Positions 50,882-59,997 of a DNA stretch of 64,000 nucleotides are shown here, in pieces (position 1 is the stretch's first letter; each line of letters opens with the position of its first letter). The translations under genes were made by a program, and so were the position numbers. The stretch lies in contig CP009479.1 in assembly GCA_000965745.1 (NCBI GenBank), positions 1,056,001 to 1,120,000 on the forward strand, given 5' to 3'. Below the pieces are notes generated by a model. It searched no databases, had not been told where the DNA came from, and saw nothing but the letters and a program-made list of their open reading frames with translations. This DNA is from an uncultured archaeon. GTDB lineage: Archaea > Thermoplasmatota > Thermoplasmata > Thermoplasmatales > Thermoplasmataceae.

Positions 50882-52276
50882 ATGGTTTCAAGCAAAGTGG
50901 ATATTAATAAATTGAGGGAAAGTGAGAGAAAATTTGGAAAATCGCACCACAGATACTCAAAGGAAGAAGTCCCAAAATACCGTTTCCCTGAAAAGACAAT
51001 GGACTCAAGAACTGTATATCAACTTATTCATGATGAGCTGAATCTTGATGGTAACCCGGATCTGAACCTCGCAACCTTTGTCACAACTTGGATGGACCCG
51101 GAGGCAGACAAGCTGATTATTGAGAACCTCCACAAGAACTTCATTGATCATTTTGAGTATCCTCAGGTCAATAATATTGAGGAGAGGATAGTCAACATCC
51201 TGGCAAATCTTTTCAATGTGCCGGACAAAAGCGACTTCATCGGGACATCAACGATTGGATCATCAGAAGCAATTATGCTGGGGTTGCTTGCACACAAATG
51301 GAACTGGCGCCAGGAACGGATAAGAAAAGGGCTTCCCCACGACAAGCCCAACATCGTGTTTGGTGGCGATACACACGTTTCTTGGGACAAGTTTGCCAGG
51401 TATTTTGACGTGGAACCAAGAATAATCCCCATTGCAAAGGACCGTTTTACCATCAAGCCGGAGGACGTGCTGAAAGAGGTGGATGAAAATACCATTGCTG
51501 TGGGCGTTGTACTTGGCACAACTTTCACGGGTGAATTCGATCCTGTGCAGGAGATCAACGATCTGCTCTTGAAGCTCAAGCGTGAGAAAGGGCTGGATAT
51601 CCCCATACATGTGGATGCAGCAAGTGCCGGATTTATCACGCCGTTTTTTGAGCCCGGATTCGAGTGGGACTTCAGGCTTGAGCAGGTGAGTTCGATAAAC
51701 ACATCGGGCCATAAATTCGGGCTTGTATATCCCGGACTGGGCTGGCTCATATTCCGGCATCATAATCTCCTTCCGGAGGAGCTGAAGTTCTACGTAAATT
51801 ACCTTGGAGATGAAATGCCCACTTATACCCTGAATTTCTCGGAAGGAAGCTCAATGATCATAGCCCAGTACTTCAACATCATGCACCTGGGAAAGGAGGG
51901 TTATAGGCAGATAGTGGACAGGATGATGGAAAACGCATCACATCTCGCTGCCAGGCTGCAGGAAAGTAAGGAGTTTCACGTGATAAACGATGCAAAGCAT
52001 ATTCCTGTGGTTACATTCAGGTTCGCCAAGGATGAAGACTTTACCCTTTTCGATCTTTCGTACCGGGTCAGGGAAAGAGGATGGATCGTCCCGGCATACT
52101 CTTTACCGCCACATGCTGAGGAAGTAACAATAATGCGGGTTGTTGTGAGGGAGAATTTCACCAGAAACCTGGTTGACATCTTCGTGGATGACCTGCTGAA
52201 CGCAAAGAGGGCCCTGAAAACCGGCTCAATTAAGACGTCTCAGCGTTCTGCCAGGGAGGGGCATCCCGTCTCGTGA
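50882..52276 (+). CDS. gadB: Glutamate decarboxylase
   Basis: LNLATFVTTWM, STIGSSEA, HVDAASAGF, SINTSGHKFGLVYPG (PLP lysine). Confidence 0.95.
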   Translation: MVSSKVDINKLRESERKFGKSHHRYSKEEVPKYRFPEKTMDSRTVYQLIHDELNLDGNPDLNLATFVTTWMDPEADKLIIENLHKNFIDHFEYPQVNNIEERIVNILANLFNVPDKSDFIGTSTIGSSEAIMLGLLAHKWNWRQERIRKGLPHDKPNIVFGGDTHVSWDKFARYFDVEPRIIPIAKDRFTIKPEDVLKEVDENTIAVGVVLGTTFTGEFDPVQEINDLLLKLKREKGLDIPIHVDAASAGFITPFFEPGFEWDFRLEQVSSINTSGHKFGLVYPGLGWLIFRHHNLLPEELKFYVNYLGDEMPTYTLNFSEGSSMIIAQYFNIMHLGKEGYRQIVDRMMENASHLAARLQESKEFHVINDAKHIPVVTFRFAKDEDFTLFDLSYRVRERGWIVPAYSLPPHAEEVTIMRVVVRENFTRNLVDIFVDDLLNAKRALKTGSIKTSQRSAREGHPVS

Positions 52277-52685
52277 AGCTTCTTTTTCAAAGGTGACTAC
52301 CTTTAATGTGACAGTTACGGGAGGTTTTGGTCTTGTAACCTCTGAGCACCCAAGCTTTCTTGCTGCCATAGAGTCATTTGTGAAAGTCCGCATAAACGGA
52401 ACCTTCCATTTAACATACGCTCCACTGAGTGACAAACTTTACGGTCCTTGGGAGGTAATAGGGAACTTCACGCTCGAGCAAAATGATGTTGGAAACCTTA
52501 GAAATGTGAGTTCCATAACTCAGGGTCGGATGCATGCAACTATGTTATAACACCCGGCAATGAATTGGATGCACCTGTTTCCAACCCTTATGGTGTTTTA
52601 AGTTGGATCAAGAACTGCAGAACCAATGAAATCTTATGAAAATACACTTTTGTAACTGTTCTGGGAACTTGAATTGATTATATAA

Positions 52686-52706
52686 TGCTCCGGTCGAGCA
52701 CTCGAA
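52686..52706 (-). repeat. Possible att site resembling a tRNA 3' end (tRNA-Glu-like ...CTCGACCGGAGCA)
   Basis: Minus strand reads TTCGAGTGCTCGACCGGAGCA, about 55 bp upstream of the integrase. Confidence 0.35.
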
Positions 52707-52759
52707 TATAGGTCAAATACTCTAACAAAATTTAAAATACTTACACCAATTATTCTTTC

Positions 52760-54049
52760 ATGGGCTTCTACGGTTTCACTTTGGAAAAGGAGCTATTCAG
52801 ACTCGATAATTCAGCATTAGATGGTGAGGTAAAGAAGAAAATCAGAGAATTCATAGATGATATAAAGTTGAAAGACAACCTCTCTGAGAACAGACTTTAC
52901 TACTATGCAGTTAGAATAAGAAAAGTTGCAGAAATTCTGGGTGATAAATGTCTAACGGCAGAAGCTCCAGATCTAAAGAGAGCAATTTCCGAGATCTCGT
53001 CAAGAAAACACAAGAATGGAATAAAATATTCTGAGAATACCATAGAAGACTACAAGATAGCAGTAAAGAGATTTTACAGATGGCTGATAAGTAACGATGG
53101 CGAGGTTCCAGAAAATGTCAAGTGGATCAAGAAGAAGAGAGTAACTAATAGGCACGTGAAACCCGATGCTCTGATCACGGAAGCTGAGATGTCACTTATA
53201 GTCCAAAATTGCAAGAATGCAAGAGATAAGGCTCTGTTCTCTTTGTTATATGATTCTGGGTGTAGGATAGGGGAATTGATGACGCTCAAGAACAAGGATG
53301 TTGATTTTGATCAGTACGGGGCGGTCCTCTCTGTTACTGGCAAGACTGGTTACAGGAAAGTCAGAGTAGTGGGTAACTCTGTTCCGTATCTAAGAGAGTG
53401 GCAGAATTCACACCCCCACAGGAATGATGAGGAATTCCGGCTATTTTGCGGAATATCTGACAACACAAGAAATAAGGCTATGACCTATGACGACTTACAC
53501 TCAGCCTTGAAGAAGACGCTAAAGAGGGCAGGGATAAAGAGAAGGATTTATCCCCATCTCTTTAGACATACTAGGGCGACAATACTTGCATCCAAGGTAA
53601 CCGAGGCACCTCTTGAAGCACAAATGGGCTGGATCCACGGATCAAGAATGACGCAAACCTACGTTCATCTGTCAGGGAGAGATCAGGATAACGCCATTCT
53701 CAAAGCATACAGTATTGACGTCAAGGACGAGGGTCTAATACAATCAGAAAGACCCTCTGCTTGTCCAAGATGCAATGAGCCAAACGATAGGAATTCGAGG
53801 TTCTGTTGGAAATGTGGTATGATTCTTGACAAGACTCTCACGAATGAGAAGCTAAAAGAGGAGGCTGACAAGATAGAGGAGAGCGTTCTAGAGTCTGAAG
53901 CAGTGGATGATACAACGAAATCAATGATTAAGTCCTTCTCGCCCGAGTACAAGGACCTTATACTTGAAGTTGTATTGAGTGATGTTTTCAAGAATTCTTC
54001 TAAGCTGGAGAAAATAAGAGAAGAATTGGCGAGAAAAGGAATGACTTGA
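52760..54049 (+). CDS. Tyrosine recombinase/integrase with a C-terminal zinc ribbon
   Basis: YDSGCRIGEL, GKTG, HLFRHTR, GW...MTQTYVH catalytic residues; CPRC...CWKC. Confidence 0.93.
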   Translation: MGFYGFTLEKELFRLDNSALDGEVKKKIREFIDDIKLKDNLSENRLYYYAVRIRKVAEILGDKCLTAEAPDLKRAISEISSRKHKNGIKYSENTIEDYKIAVKRFYRWLISNDGEVPENVKWIKKKRVTNRHVKPDALITEAEMSLIVQNCKNARDKALFSLLYDSGCRIGELMTLKNKDVDFDQYGAVLSVTGKTGYRKVRVVGNSVPYLREWQNSHPHRNDEEFRLFCGISDNTRNKAMTYDDLHSALKKTLKRAGIKRRIYPHLFRHTRATILASKVTEAPLEAQMGWIHGSRMTQTYVHLSGRDQDNAILKAYSIDVKDEGLIQSERPSACPRCNEPNDRNSRFCWKCGMILDKTLTNEKLKEEADKIEESVLESEAVDDTTKSMIKSFSPEYKDLILEVVLSDVFKNSSKLEKIREELARKGMT

Positions 54050-54207
54050 CCCAACAAAAATTTGAAAAAAAATGCACAACTATTATTATTACAATACGGG
54101 TAGACCTTGAATATTTATCAGAGGCTGAAGTCTTAAAGTCAGGCGAAAGATTATTCAAAGGTGGTTTGGTCCCCTAATTGTGGACAGGATTGGCTTATGA
54201 GTCATGC

Positions 54208-55104
54208 TCATTCTTCTATTAGATTTTCTTTCCATCTTTCATAAACCTCCCTTGGTGCTTTATAGCCTATGGCTGAGTGTAGTCTCTCGTTGTTGTAGAA
54301 TGCAATGAACCTATCAATGGTGTCATCAGCATCCTGGAATGAAGAGAACTCGAACCTTCTGATCACTTCCTTCTCAAGGATGGAATTGAAGGATTCGATG
54401 AAACCGTCCTCCTTGGGCGTTGCAGGATGGATCCTCTCATGTTCGATATGGGATGAAGCGAGAAACAGCTCCACTATCCGTGATACGAATTGAGTCCCAT
54501 TATCACTGCGGATCCTGACACTGGATATTGCCTCTATTCCCCTGTCCATGAAGGCAAAATCCATTGCCATCTTCACATCTGAAGAGGTGCAGTGGTATCC
54601 CAGGTACTTTCCGACAACTTCTCTTGTATAACAGTCAATCATTGCAAACAGGTATGCTGTCCGATTCTCTCCCTGTATGTACACATACTTGATGTCCATC
54701 TCCCAGACTTTATTCGGGTTATGAACCCTGACAATGGATTCAACCACCCTCTTTGCAGGGCTGCGGTAGTTGTATGTGTGGTTGAGAAGATGGTTCTCTT
54801 TCATGATGCGGAAGACCTTCTTCCTGTTGATCCTGTAGCCAGTGCGCTGCAAATGTTTGGTGACCTTCCTGTATCCATAGCATACAAATTCCCTTGACAG
54901 CAACTCAATGATGTCGGCAAGGACCTGATCATCGGGAATCATTATGATATCCTGGCCAACAATGCGTTCAGTCATCGATGAAGGCTTCCTCCCTCTCTTG
55001 AGATGCAATGCAGGCGATGAATGATAGAATGTGCTCCGTGGTATCCTTAGAAGTTCCAGGATTCTGGTCGTTGAGAGCCCACGTCCAGCATACTCATTGA
55101 TCAA
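54208..55104 (-). CDS. IS3-family transposase OrfB
   Basis: YGYRKV, WEMDIKY, IDCYTRE, SDNGTQF, IESFNS, YNNERLHSAIGY motifs. Confidence 0.93.
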   Translation of the reverse strand: MINEYAGRGLSTTRILELLRIPRSTFYHSSPALHLKRGRKPSSMTERIVGQDIIMIPDDQVLADIIELLSREFVCYGYRKVTKHLQRTGYRINRKKVFRIMKENHLLNHTYNYRSPAKRVVESIVRVHNPNKVWEMDIKYVYIQGENRTAYLFAMIDCYTREVVGKYLGYHCTSSDVKMAMDFAFMDRGIEAISSVRIRSDNGTQFVSRIVELFLASSHIEHERIHPATPKEDGFIESFNSILEKEVIRRFEFSSFQDADDTIDRFIAFYNNERLHSAIGYKAPREVYERWKENLIEE

Positions 55105-55403
55105 CGCGGTTTCCTCCTCGTTTTTTTATATGCTTCCTGGAGCAGTGATACCTCCAGTTCCTTCTCTGCAAGCATCTTCTTCAATCTCTCGTTCTCCTTC
55201 TTCAGCTTTCTGAGGCCTGGTTCCAAGGACCTTGTACGGGATCTGAGCCCATCCATGCCTAGTGCATCGAAGGCCTGTTTCCAACGGTAGAACATGGATG
55301 GATCCACAGAATATTTTCTGCAGGTTTCAACGACATGTCCGCTTTCTTTGATCTCGTTGATGAGTGCCAGTTTCTCTTCCGCTTTCCAGTATCTGCGAGT
55401 CAT
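55101..55403 (-). CDS. IS3-family transposase OrfA
   Basis: HTH (CRKYSVDPSMFYRWK) plus leucine zipper (LKKENERLKKML); A7 run at 55121-55127 leads into the -1 OrfB frame. Confidence 0.9.
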   Translation of the reverse strand: MTRRYWKAEEKLALINEIKESGHVVETCRKYSVDPSMFYRWKQAFDALGMDGLRSRTRSLEPGLRKLKKENERLKKMLAEKELEVSLLQEAYKKTRRKPR

Positions 55404-55505
55404 TTCCCCCTAGAACCCCCCTATATATACTTTTCTATTACTATAAGCCAATGTTGTCCAATTATTTAAGGGGCCAGCACAAAGGCTTACCTAATTTTAC
55501 TCTTC

Positions 55506-56093
55506 ATGAACGTTGATCTTATCGCTGCAGATATTGCCCTTCTACTATCGAATCTTCAATTTTATGTTGCAGTTGGAACGATTTCGATGGCCATTACGAC
55601 AGCCTGGTCGGTTAGAAGACAAGGAAGACTTGACAGAATTAAGGATATAAGGGACAGGATACATTCCTTTTATTACCCAGTTATGAATTTGTTTACATTC
55701 CCTTGGCCCGATGATGACCGATTTCAAGCAGAATGGAATAGAATCAGACCTTTTGTAAGAAATGCATCAAACAAAACTCAGAACGCTCTATTTGGAAAAG
55801 GTATTTATGAAAAAATGCCACGGTTGCAATATGTGGAGGGAGATACGCAGTCAGAATTAGAGTACAATGCTTGGGATAACTTTTACAATAAGGCTTGGGA
55901 AGACCTGAGAAAATTAGATTCGATACTAATGAAACTGCAAAGAACAAAAGGTACAGAAACTCCCAAGGAGCCCTATCCACATAACTTCAACCTTGAACCC
56001 TTACCAATACCTAAGAAAGTGAAAGGAATGGAATGGCAGAAAGACTCAAAATCAACCGACGAAAATAAGGATGATCTGACTAATAAAAGATGA
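55506..56093 (+). CDS. Hypothetical protein with an N-terminal membrane helix
   Basis: 195-aa ORF, hydrophobic N-terminus followed by a basic patch; AT-rich codons. Confidence 0.65.
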   Translation: MNVDLIAADIALLLSNLQFYVAVGTISMAITTAWSVRRQGRLDRIKDIRDRIHSFYYPVMNLFTFPWPDDDRFQAEWNRIRPFVRNASNKTQNALFGKGIYEKMPRLQYVEGDTQSELEYNAWDNFYNKAWEDLRKLDSILMKLQRTKGTETPKEPYPHNFNLEPLPIPKKVKGMEWQKDSKSTDENKDDLTNKR

Positions 56094-56260
56094 TAAGTAA
56101 AGGTAGGGTTGTCAGATTGGGCCTTATCTTATGAAAAACATAGATCAGAAATATTTGGAAGTGAAGCCTGAGTAAAGTTAGTGTAAATGCCGGTTGATTT
56201 TTCACCAATAATGACGGAATAAAATTCCCCACCCATATTTATAATTTCACTCATTTTCTT

Positions 56261-57022
56261 TCACACCTTTTTGTATGGAGGAGGGTTGCCCTTCCTCCGG
56301 TCCTTAAGCCTGTATGAATCTCCTCTTATGTTCACCACGATGCTGTGGTGCAATACTCGATCGAGAACAGCGGATGCCATTACCTGATCACCGAGAACTT
56401 CACCCCACTCCGAGAAAGACTTGTTCGAGGTGAATATGGTGGAACATTTCTCATACCTGTACGATACCAGCTGGAACAGGAGATTTGATTCCTCCCTGTT
56501 CAACGGGAGGTATCCTATCTCATCAATGATCATGAGAGGATACCTTGCGTATTTCCTGAGCAGTGTGTTCAGGCTGTCTTTCATGAATTCCTTCCTCAGT
56601 GCCTGGACAAGCTTCACCGCTGACACATAGTACACAGAAATATCCGATTGCAGCGCGTGCATTCCTATTGCAACAGAGAGGTGGGTCTTCCCGACACCCG
56701 GAGGACCCAGGAAGACAAGGTTCTCCCTGTTGTGTATGAACCTCAGGGTCATCAGGTCATTGATCACTGATTTGTCTATGGACGGCTGAAAGGAGAGATC
56801 GAATTCATCCATGGTTTTTCTGAACGGGAATCCGGCGTACTTCAGCTTGGTATCATATCTCTTTGATCGCTTGCTCCTGACCTCTTCGGAAAGCAGGTGG
56901 TCAAGTACTTCCAGGACACTCTTATCATGCGCATTTTCCAGGTAGTTGTCAATGGTCTTTTCCATGACGTCAAGACCTAGGCTGGCAAGGTGCTCATGAA
57001 CTCTTTCGTATGAGTCCATCAT
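56261..57022 (-). CDS. istB: IS21 helper ATPase IstB
   Basis: GPPGVGKTHL, IIDEIGYL, TSNK, AVLDRVLHH, GDSYR motifs. Confidence 0.95.
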   Translation of the reverse strand: MMDSYERVHEHLASLGLDVMEKTIDNYLENAHDKSVLEVLDHLLSEEVRSKRSKRYDTKLKYAGFPFRKTMDEFDLSFQPSIDKSVINDLMTLRFIHNRENLVFLGPPGVGKTHLSVAIGMHALQSDISVYYVSAVKLVQALRKEFMKDSLNTLLRKYARYPLMIIDEIGYLPLNREESNLLFQLVSYRYEKCSTIFTSNKSFSEWGEVLGDQVMASAVLDRVLHHSIVVNIRGDSYRLKDRRKGNPPPYKKV

Positions 57023-58215
57023 GACACCTCCTCATACCTTGACAGATCGCGTTTCTCCACAAGCGTTTCGAAGGCTGTGAGGTTCTCAGACCTTATGGCC
57101 TTGAGAAGGCCTTCGAAGTGTTCCTTCTTTCTGGATATCCTTCCCGATCCAGGAAGGATGTCATGCTCCGCTATGACATGGGAATCAACCTGGATCCTCA
57201 GGGTCGATTCCTCCGTCACCAGTGCCTCCCTTCCTGCATAGATCCAGGGCACGCTGTATCGATTGCCGTTCCATGAGACATAGCAGTCCCTGGATACCTT
57301 GCGTGTTTCTTCTTTGCGGGTGAAGTATTCCGGTGCACGATCTACAGGGTTTAGCTTCTCCATTGCAAGGAGGTCCATTGGAATCTGGTGCGTTGTGCCA
57401 TGTATCTGGGAATTCACTCGTTTAAGCCACTGCAGGCACTGTGCATTCATGTCATCAAGGGATGTGAATGTTCTACCGGCCCAGAAATTGTATCTCAGAT
57501 ACTTGATCGTGTTTTCGATCTTTCCCTTGGTCTGGGCACGATAGGGGAAGCACAGCCGCACGATGAATCCATAGTATTCCGAGAAATCCCTGAACTTCAT
57601 GTTGAAGACGGATTCGGAGGCCTTTATCCTCCTCTCGAGGACCACTTGTTTCATGTTATCGAAGAGGATGGTGTCAGTGTATCCTCCAAAGAAGCGGAAG
57701 GCATTCATGTGCATTTTAATGACATTCTCCGTGGATATATCGGTGGTGAACTCGGCATAGCGCATCCTTGAGTATCCCAGGATGATGCTGAATGCGTACA
57801 GCTTCTTCCTCTTTGCATCGATCTCGATGTGCCCGAACTCTCCGAAGTCCACTTGTGATTGTTTTCCAGGATCTGTCTCGTAACGGTACACAGCCTGTAC
57901 CCTTCGATCCTTGCGGAGTGTGTAACAGTAATCTCCGAGGATTGTCCTTCCTCCGTCGTATCCCTGCTTGCGGATCTCCTCGAGTATCCTGACTGTGGAC
58001 AGGTTATATCTGTCCACCAGCTCCCTGATACTGTCCCTGTAAGGATCGAGCTTCGAACTTCTTCCAACGCGCGGCTTTGTGGTGGGAATACCGTCGCTCT
58101 TTGCATACTTCCTCACCGTCTTTCTGTCTATTCCCAGTTGCCTTGAGACCTCAGATATACTGAAGCCTTTGTCCAGCATGTTCCTTATCATTCTCCACCC
58201 CTCACTGCCGAGCAA
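57019..58215 (-). CDS. istA: IS21 transposase IstA
   Basis: N-terminal HTH, RYETDPGKQSQVDFG, LFDNMK, QTKGKIE, NRYSVP motifs. Confidence 0.95.
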   Translation of the reverse strand: MLGSEGWRMIRNMLDKGFSISEVSRQLGIDRKTVRKYAKSDGIPTTKPRVGRSSKLDPYRDSIRELVDRYNLSTVRILEEIRKQGYDGGRTILGDYCYTLRKDRRVQAVYRYETDPGKQSQVDFGEFGHIEIDAKRKKLYAFSIILGYSRMRYAEFTTDISTENVIKMHMNAFRFFGGYTDTILFDNMKQVVLERRIKASESVFNMKFRDFSEYYGFIVRLCFPYRAQTKGKIENTIKYLRYNFWAGRTFTSLDDMNAQCLQWLKRVNSQIHGTTHQIPMDLLAMEKLNPVDRAPEYFTRKEETRKVSRDCYVSWNGNRYSVPWIYAGREALVTEESTLRIQVDSHVIAEHDILPGSGRISRKKEHFEGLLKAIRSENLTAFETLVEKRDLSRYEEVS

Positions 58216-58407
58216 AATTCACCACGTTCTCTATCAAACACATGGGGAATTTTAAACCGGCGATCCTGGGGAATTCTAAACCGACAAAATTGAGGAATTA
58301 TGATCCGGCATTTACAGTTAGAAAGGACTAGCTGGATCTACTGCATTTCAACTTATAGTTGCAAGTAGGTATGTAATAAGTGCCCTATTGCATAACAAGC
58401 AAGTAAG

Positions 58408-59463
58408 CTAATCTACTTCCTCCTCTGGACTATCAGCCCGAACTAGTATGTCACTTAGCTGCTTGGTAATAAGACTCCTTCCAACCTTGTTGGATAGTGC
58501 GCTTATTGAGCCTGACCTCCAATCTAAAGAAATTGTCCCTCCACCAGGAAGCTGTATATGTGTTCCAACTAGTGTATCCATTTGATTTTTGAAGCTCTGA
58601 GCATTATACTTCATCCCCTCATTTAGATCGCACCTTCTGCAAACAGCTGCAAAGGTACCCATCATTACTTCAATTCCCATCGGTTTTGTGAGAAAATAAC
58701 TCTTGTTGTTCCCCCAGGCATCTGGCCACAATTCAGAAATGGCTTTGAAGTAGTCTATTATTATTCTTGCTTGGGCATCAGGGCTCTTACCTGATAATAT
58801 TCCACCAGTTCCCACATATGGAGTTGTTACACCTTTCATTTTTTTATTAGTTACCCAAGTGCCCACTTCATCATCTCTCATTTTTATCTTACCAGCCAAT
58901 GGAGAGTCTGAAATCGTGTTTAACTTAGAAACAACATCCATTGTAGTTGACTCTTCCTTAGGTAGTTCTTTAATCTGGTAATAAAGTGAAAGTGTCAGAA
59001 CATCACTCACTCTTTGCTGCAAGCTGTTAATATCTGCAAATATCTTGCCCCTGAGGTCTAGATCAGCATTGTAGAGGGCTACTACTGGCAGATCAAAAAC
59101 AATTCCATCACTGTGTTTAAACCCAGCAAGTCTATGCTGGCCGTCGAGTACATATGCAAATTTTCCAGATTCCTCAGGGAAAACCAAGGTCACATTCTTT
59201 CCGTTTGCTTGAGGATTTATTTTGACTTCGTCTGACAAGCTCACGACTATACCGTTTGGAAGAACGTTGTTTTCTTGCTTAATATACTTCCCAATCTCTC
59301 TAGCTCTTTTTTCGTTTAGGATTCTTTGAACTTCATCAGGATCGTCCTTGCTCCTCGGTGTTACATAACATATGCTGTTCAGAGTCTTTGAATCTAACGA
59401 GAACAGGTACATTTGAATTCCGTGCTGTCTCAGTACTTGAGCATCTATGCTAAATTTAGCCAT
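58408..59463 (-). CDS. DGQHR-domain protein (DndB/DpdB-like, ParB superfamily)
   Basis: VQRIL..KRAREIGKY, VLDGQHRLAG, IFADINSLQ; GGAGGTG Shine-Dalgarno. Confidence 0.9.
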   Translation of the reverse strand: MAKFSIDAQVLRQHGIQMYLFSLDSKTLNSICYVTPRSKDDPDEVQRILNEKRAREIGKYIKQENNVLPNGIVVSLSDEVKINPQANGKNVTLVFPEESGKFAYVLDGQHRLAGFKHSDGIVFDLPVVALYNADLDLRGKIFADINSLQQRVSDVLTLSLYYQIKELPKEESTTMDVVSKLNTISDSPLAGKIKMRDDEVGTWVTNKKMKGVTTPYVGTGGILSGKSPDAQARIIIDYFKAISELWPDAWGNNKSYFLTKPMGIEVMMGTFAAVCRRCDLNEGMKYNAQSFKNQMDTLVGTHIQLPGGGTISLDWRSGSISALSNKVGRSLITKQLSDILVRADSPEEEVD

Positions 59464-59948
59464 GGAACACCTCCCTCCACTTTGTCAGATTTTTTCAAGT
59501 TGCAATCAGAACACAGAAACTGTAAATTGTTTGCTCTAGACGAACCACCCATACTGATTGGAAAGATGTGATCTATATGAAGTTTCACTTCCGGAGGTCT
59601 TTTGCTGCATTTCTTACACACAGGCTCTGAAAACCACAACAATTTAAGGTAATCTCCAGTGTCAATGGACTCTCTATATTGTTTCCCCTGTGTTTTTTGC
59701 AGGCACGCCTCGTAGATCGTTTTAATTTGTTCATGACTCCATTTACGTCCAGTTAGCCCAGTCAAGATCTGGTCAAACTCTTTTAGTCTTTGCGGGCCTC
59801 TACGCTCCATTATCTCCTTGTAACCATCCTGCCGTATAATTTGTTTTACTAGCAACTCATTCAACGACCATTCAATGAAGTCGTAGAACGATTCATTGTC
59901 CACTCCCAAGGAATCTATAAGCAGCGAAAGACGATCCATTCTTTCCAT
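59445..59948 (-). CDS. HNH endonuclease (McrA-like) with an N-terminal helical domain
   Basis: CKKC...HIDHIFPISMGG...NLQFLCSDCNLKK. Confidence 0.9.
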   Translation of the reverse strand: MERMDRLSLLIDSLGVDNESFYDFIEWSLNELLVKQIIRQDGYKEIMERRGPQRLKEFDQILTGLTGRKWSHEQIKTIYEACLQKTQGKQYRESIDTGDYLKLLWFSEPVCKKCSKRPPEVKLHIDHIFPISMGGSSRANNLQFLCSDCNLKKSDKVEGGVPWLNLA

Positions 59949-59997
59949 TTTTCATTTAGTGAGACATTGTTAAAATATTTTGATCTGTTCTTTTAGC

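Larger units (their letters stand above)
54162..55479 (-). mobile_element. IS3-family insertion sequence with a 6-bp CAAAGG target duplication
   Basis: TG...CA ends, imperfect IRs sharing TGG-CCC, TGGACA and ATTGGCTTA; CAAAGG at 54156-54161 and 55480-55485. Confidence 0.88.
56182..58316 (-). mobile_element. IS21-family insertion sequence with a 5-bp GTTAG target duplication
   Basis: Perfect 12-bp IRs TGTAAATGCCGG; subterminal GGGGAATT repeats; GTTAG at 56177-56181 and 58317-58321. Confidence 0.93.

Noticed and set aside
52293-52550. 85-aa ORF after gadB
   Set aside because: It could be a fragment of a surface-protein gene, but it has no signal peptide or motif to support a call
58408-59463. 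Complete Dnd or Dpd DNA-modification system
   Set aside because: No dndACDE, pbe, dpdA or queuosine-pathway genes are in the window; only the DGQHR domain is shared
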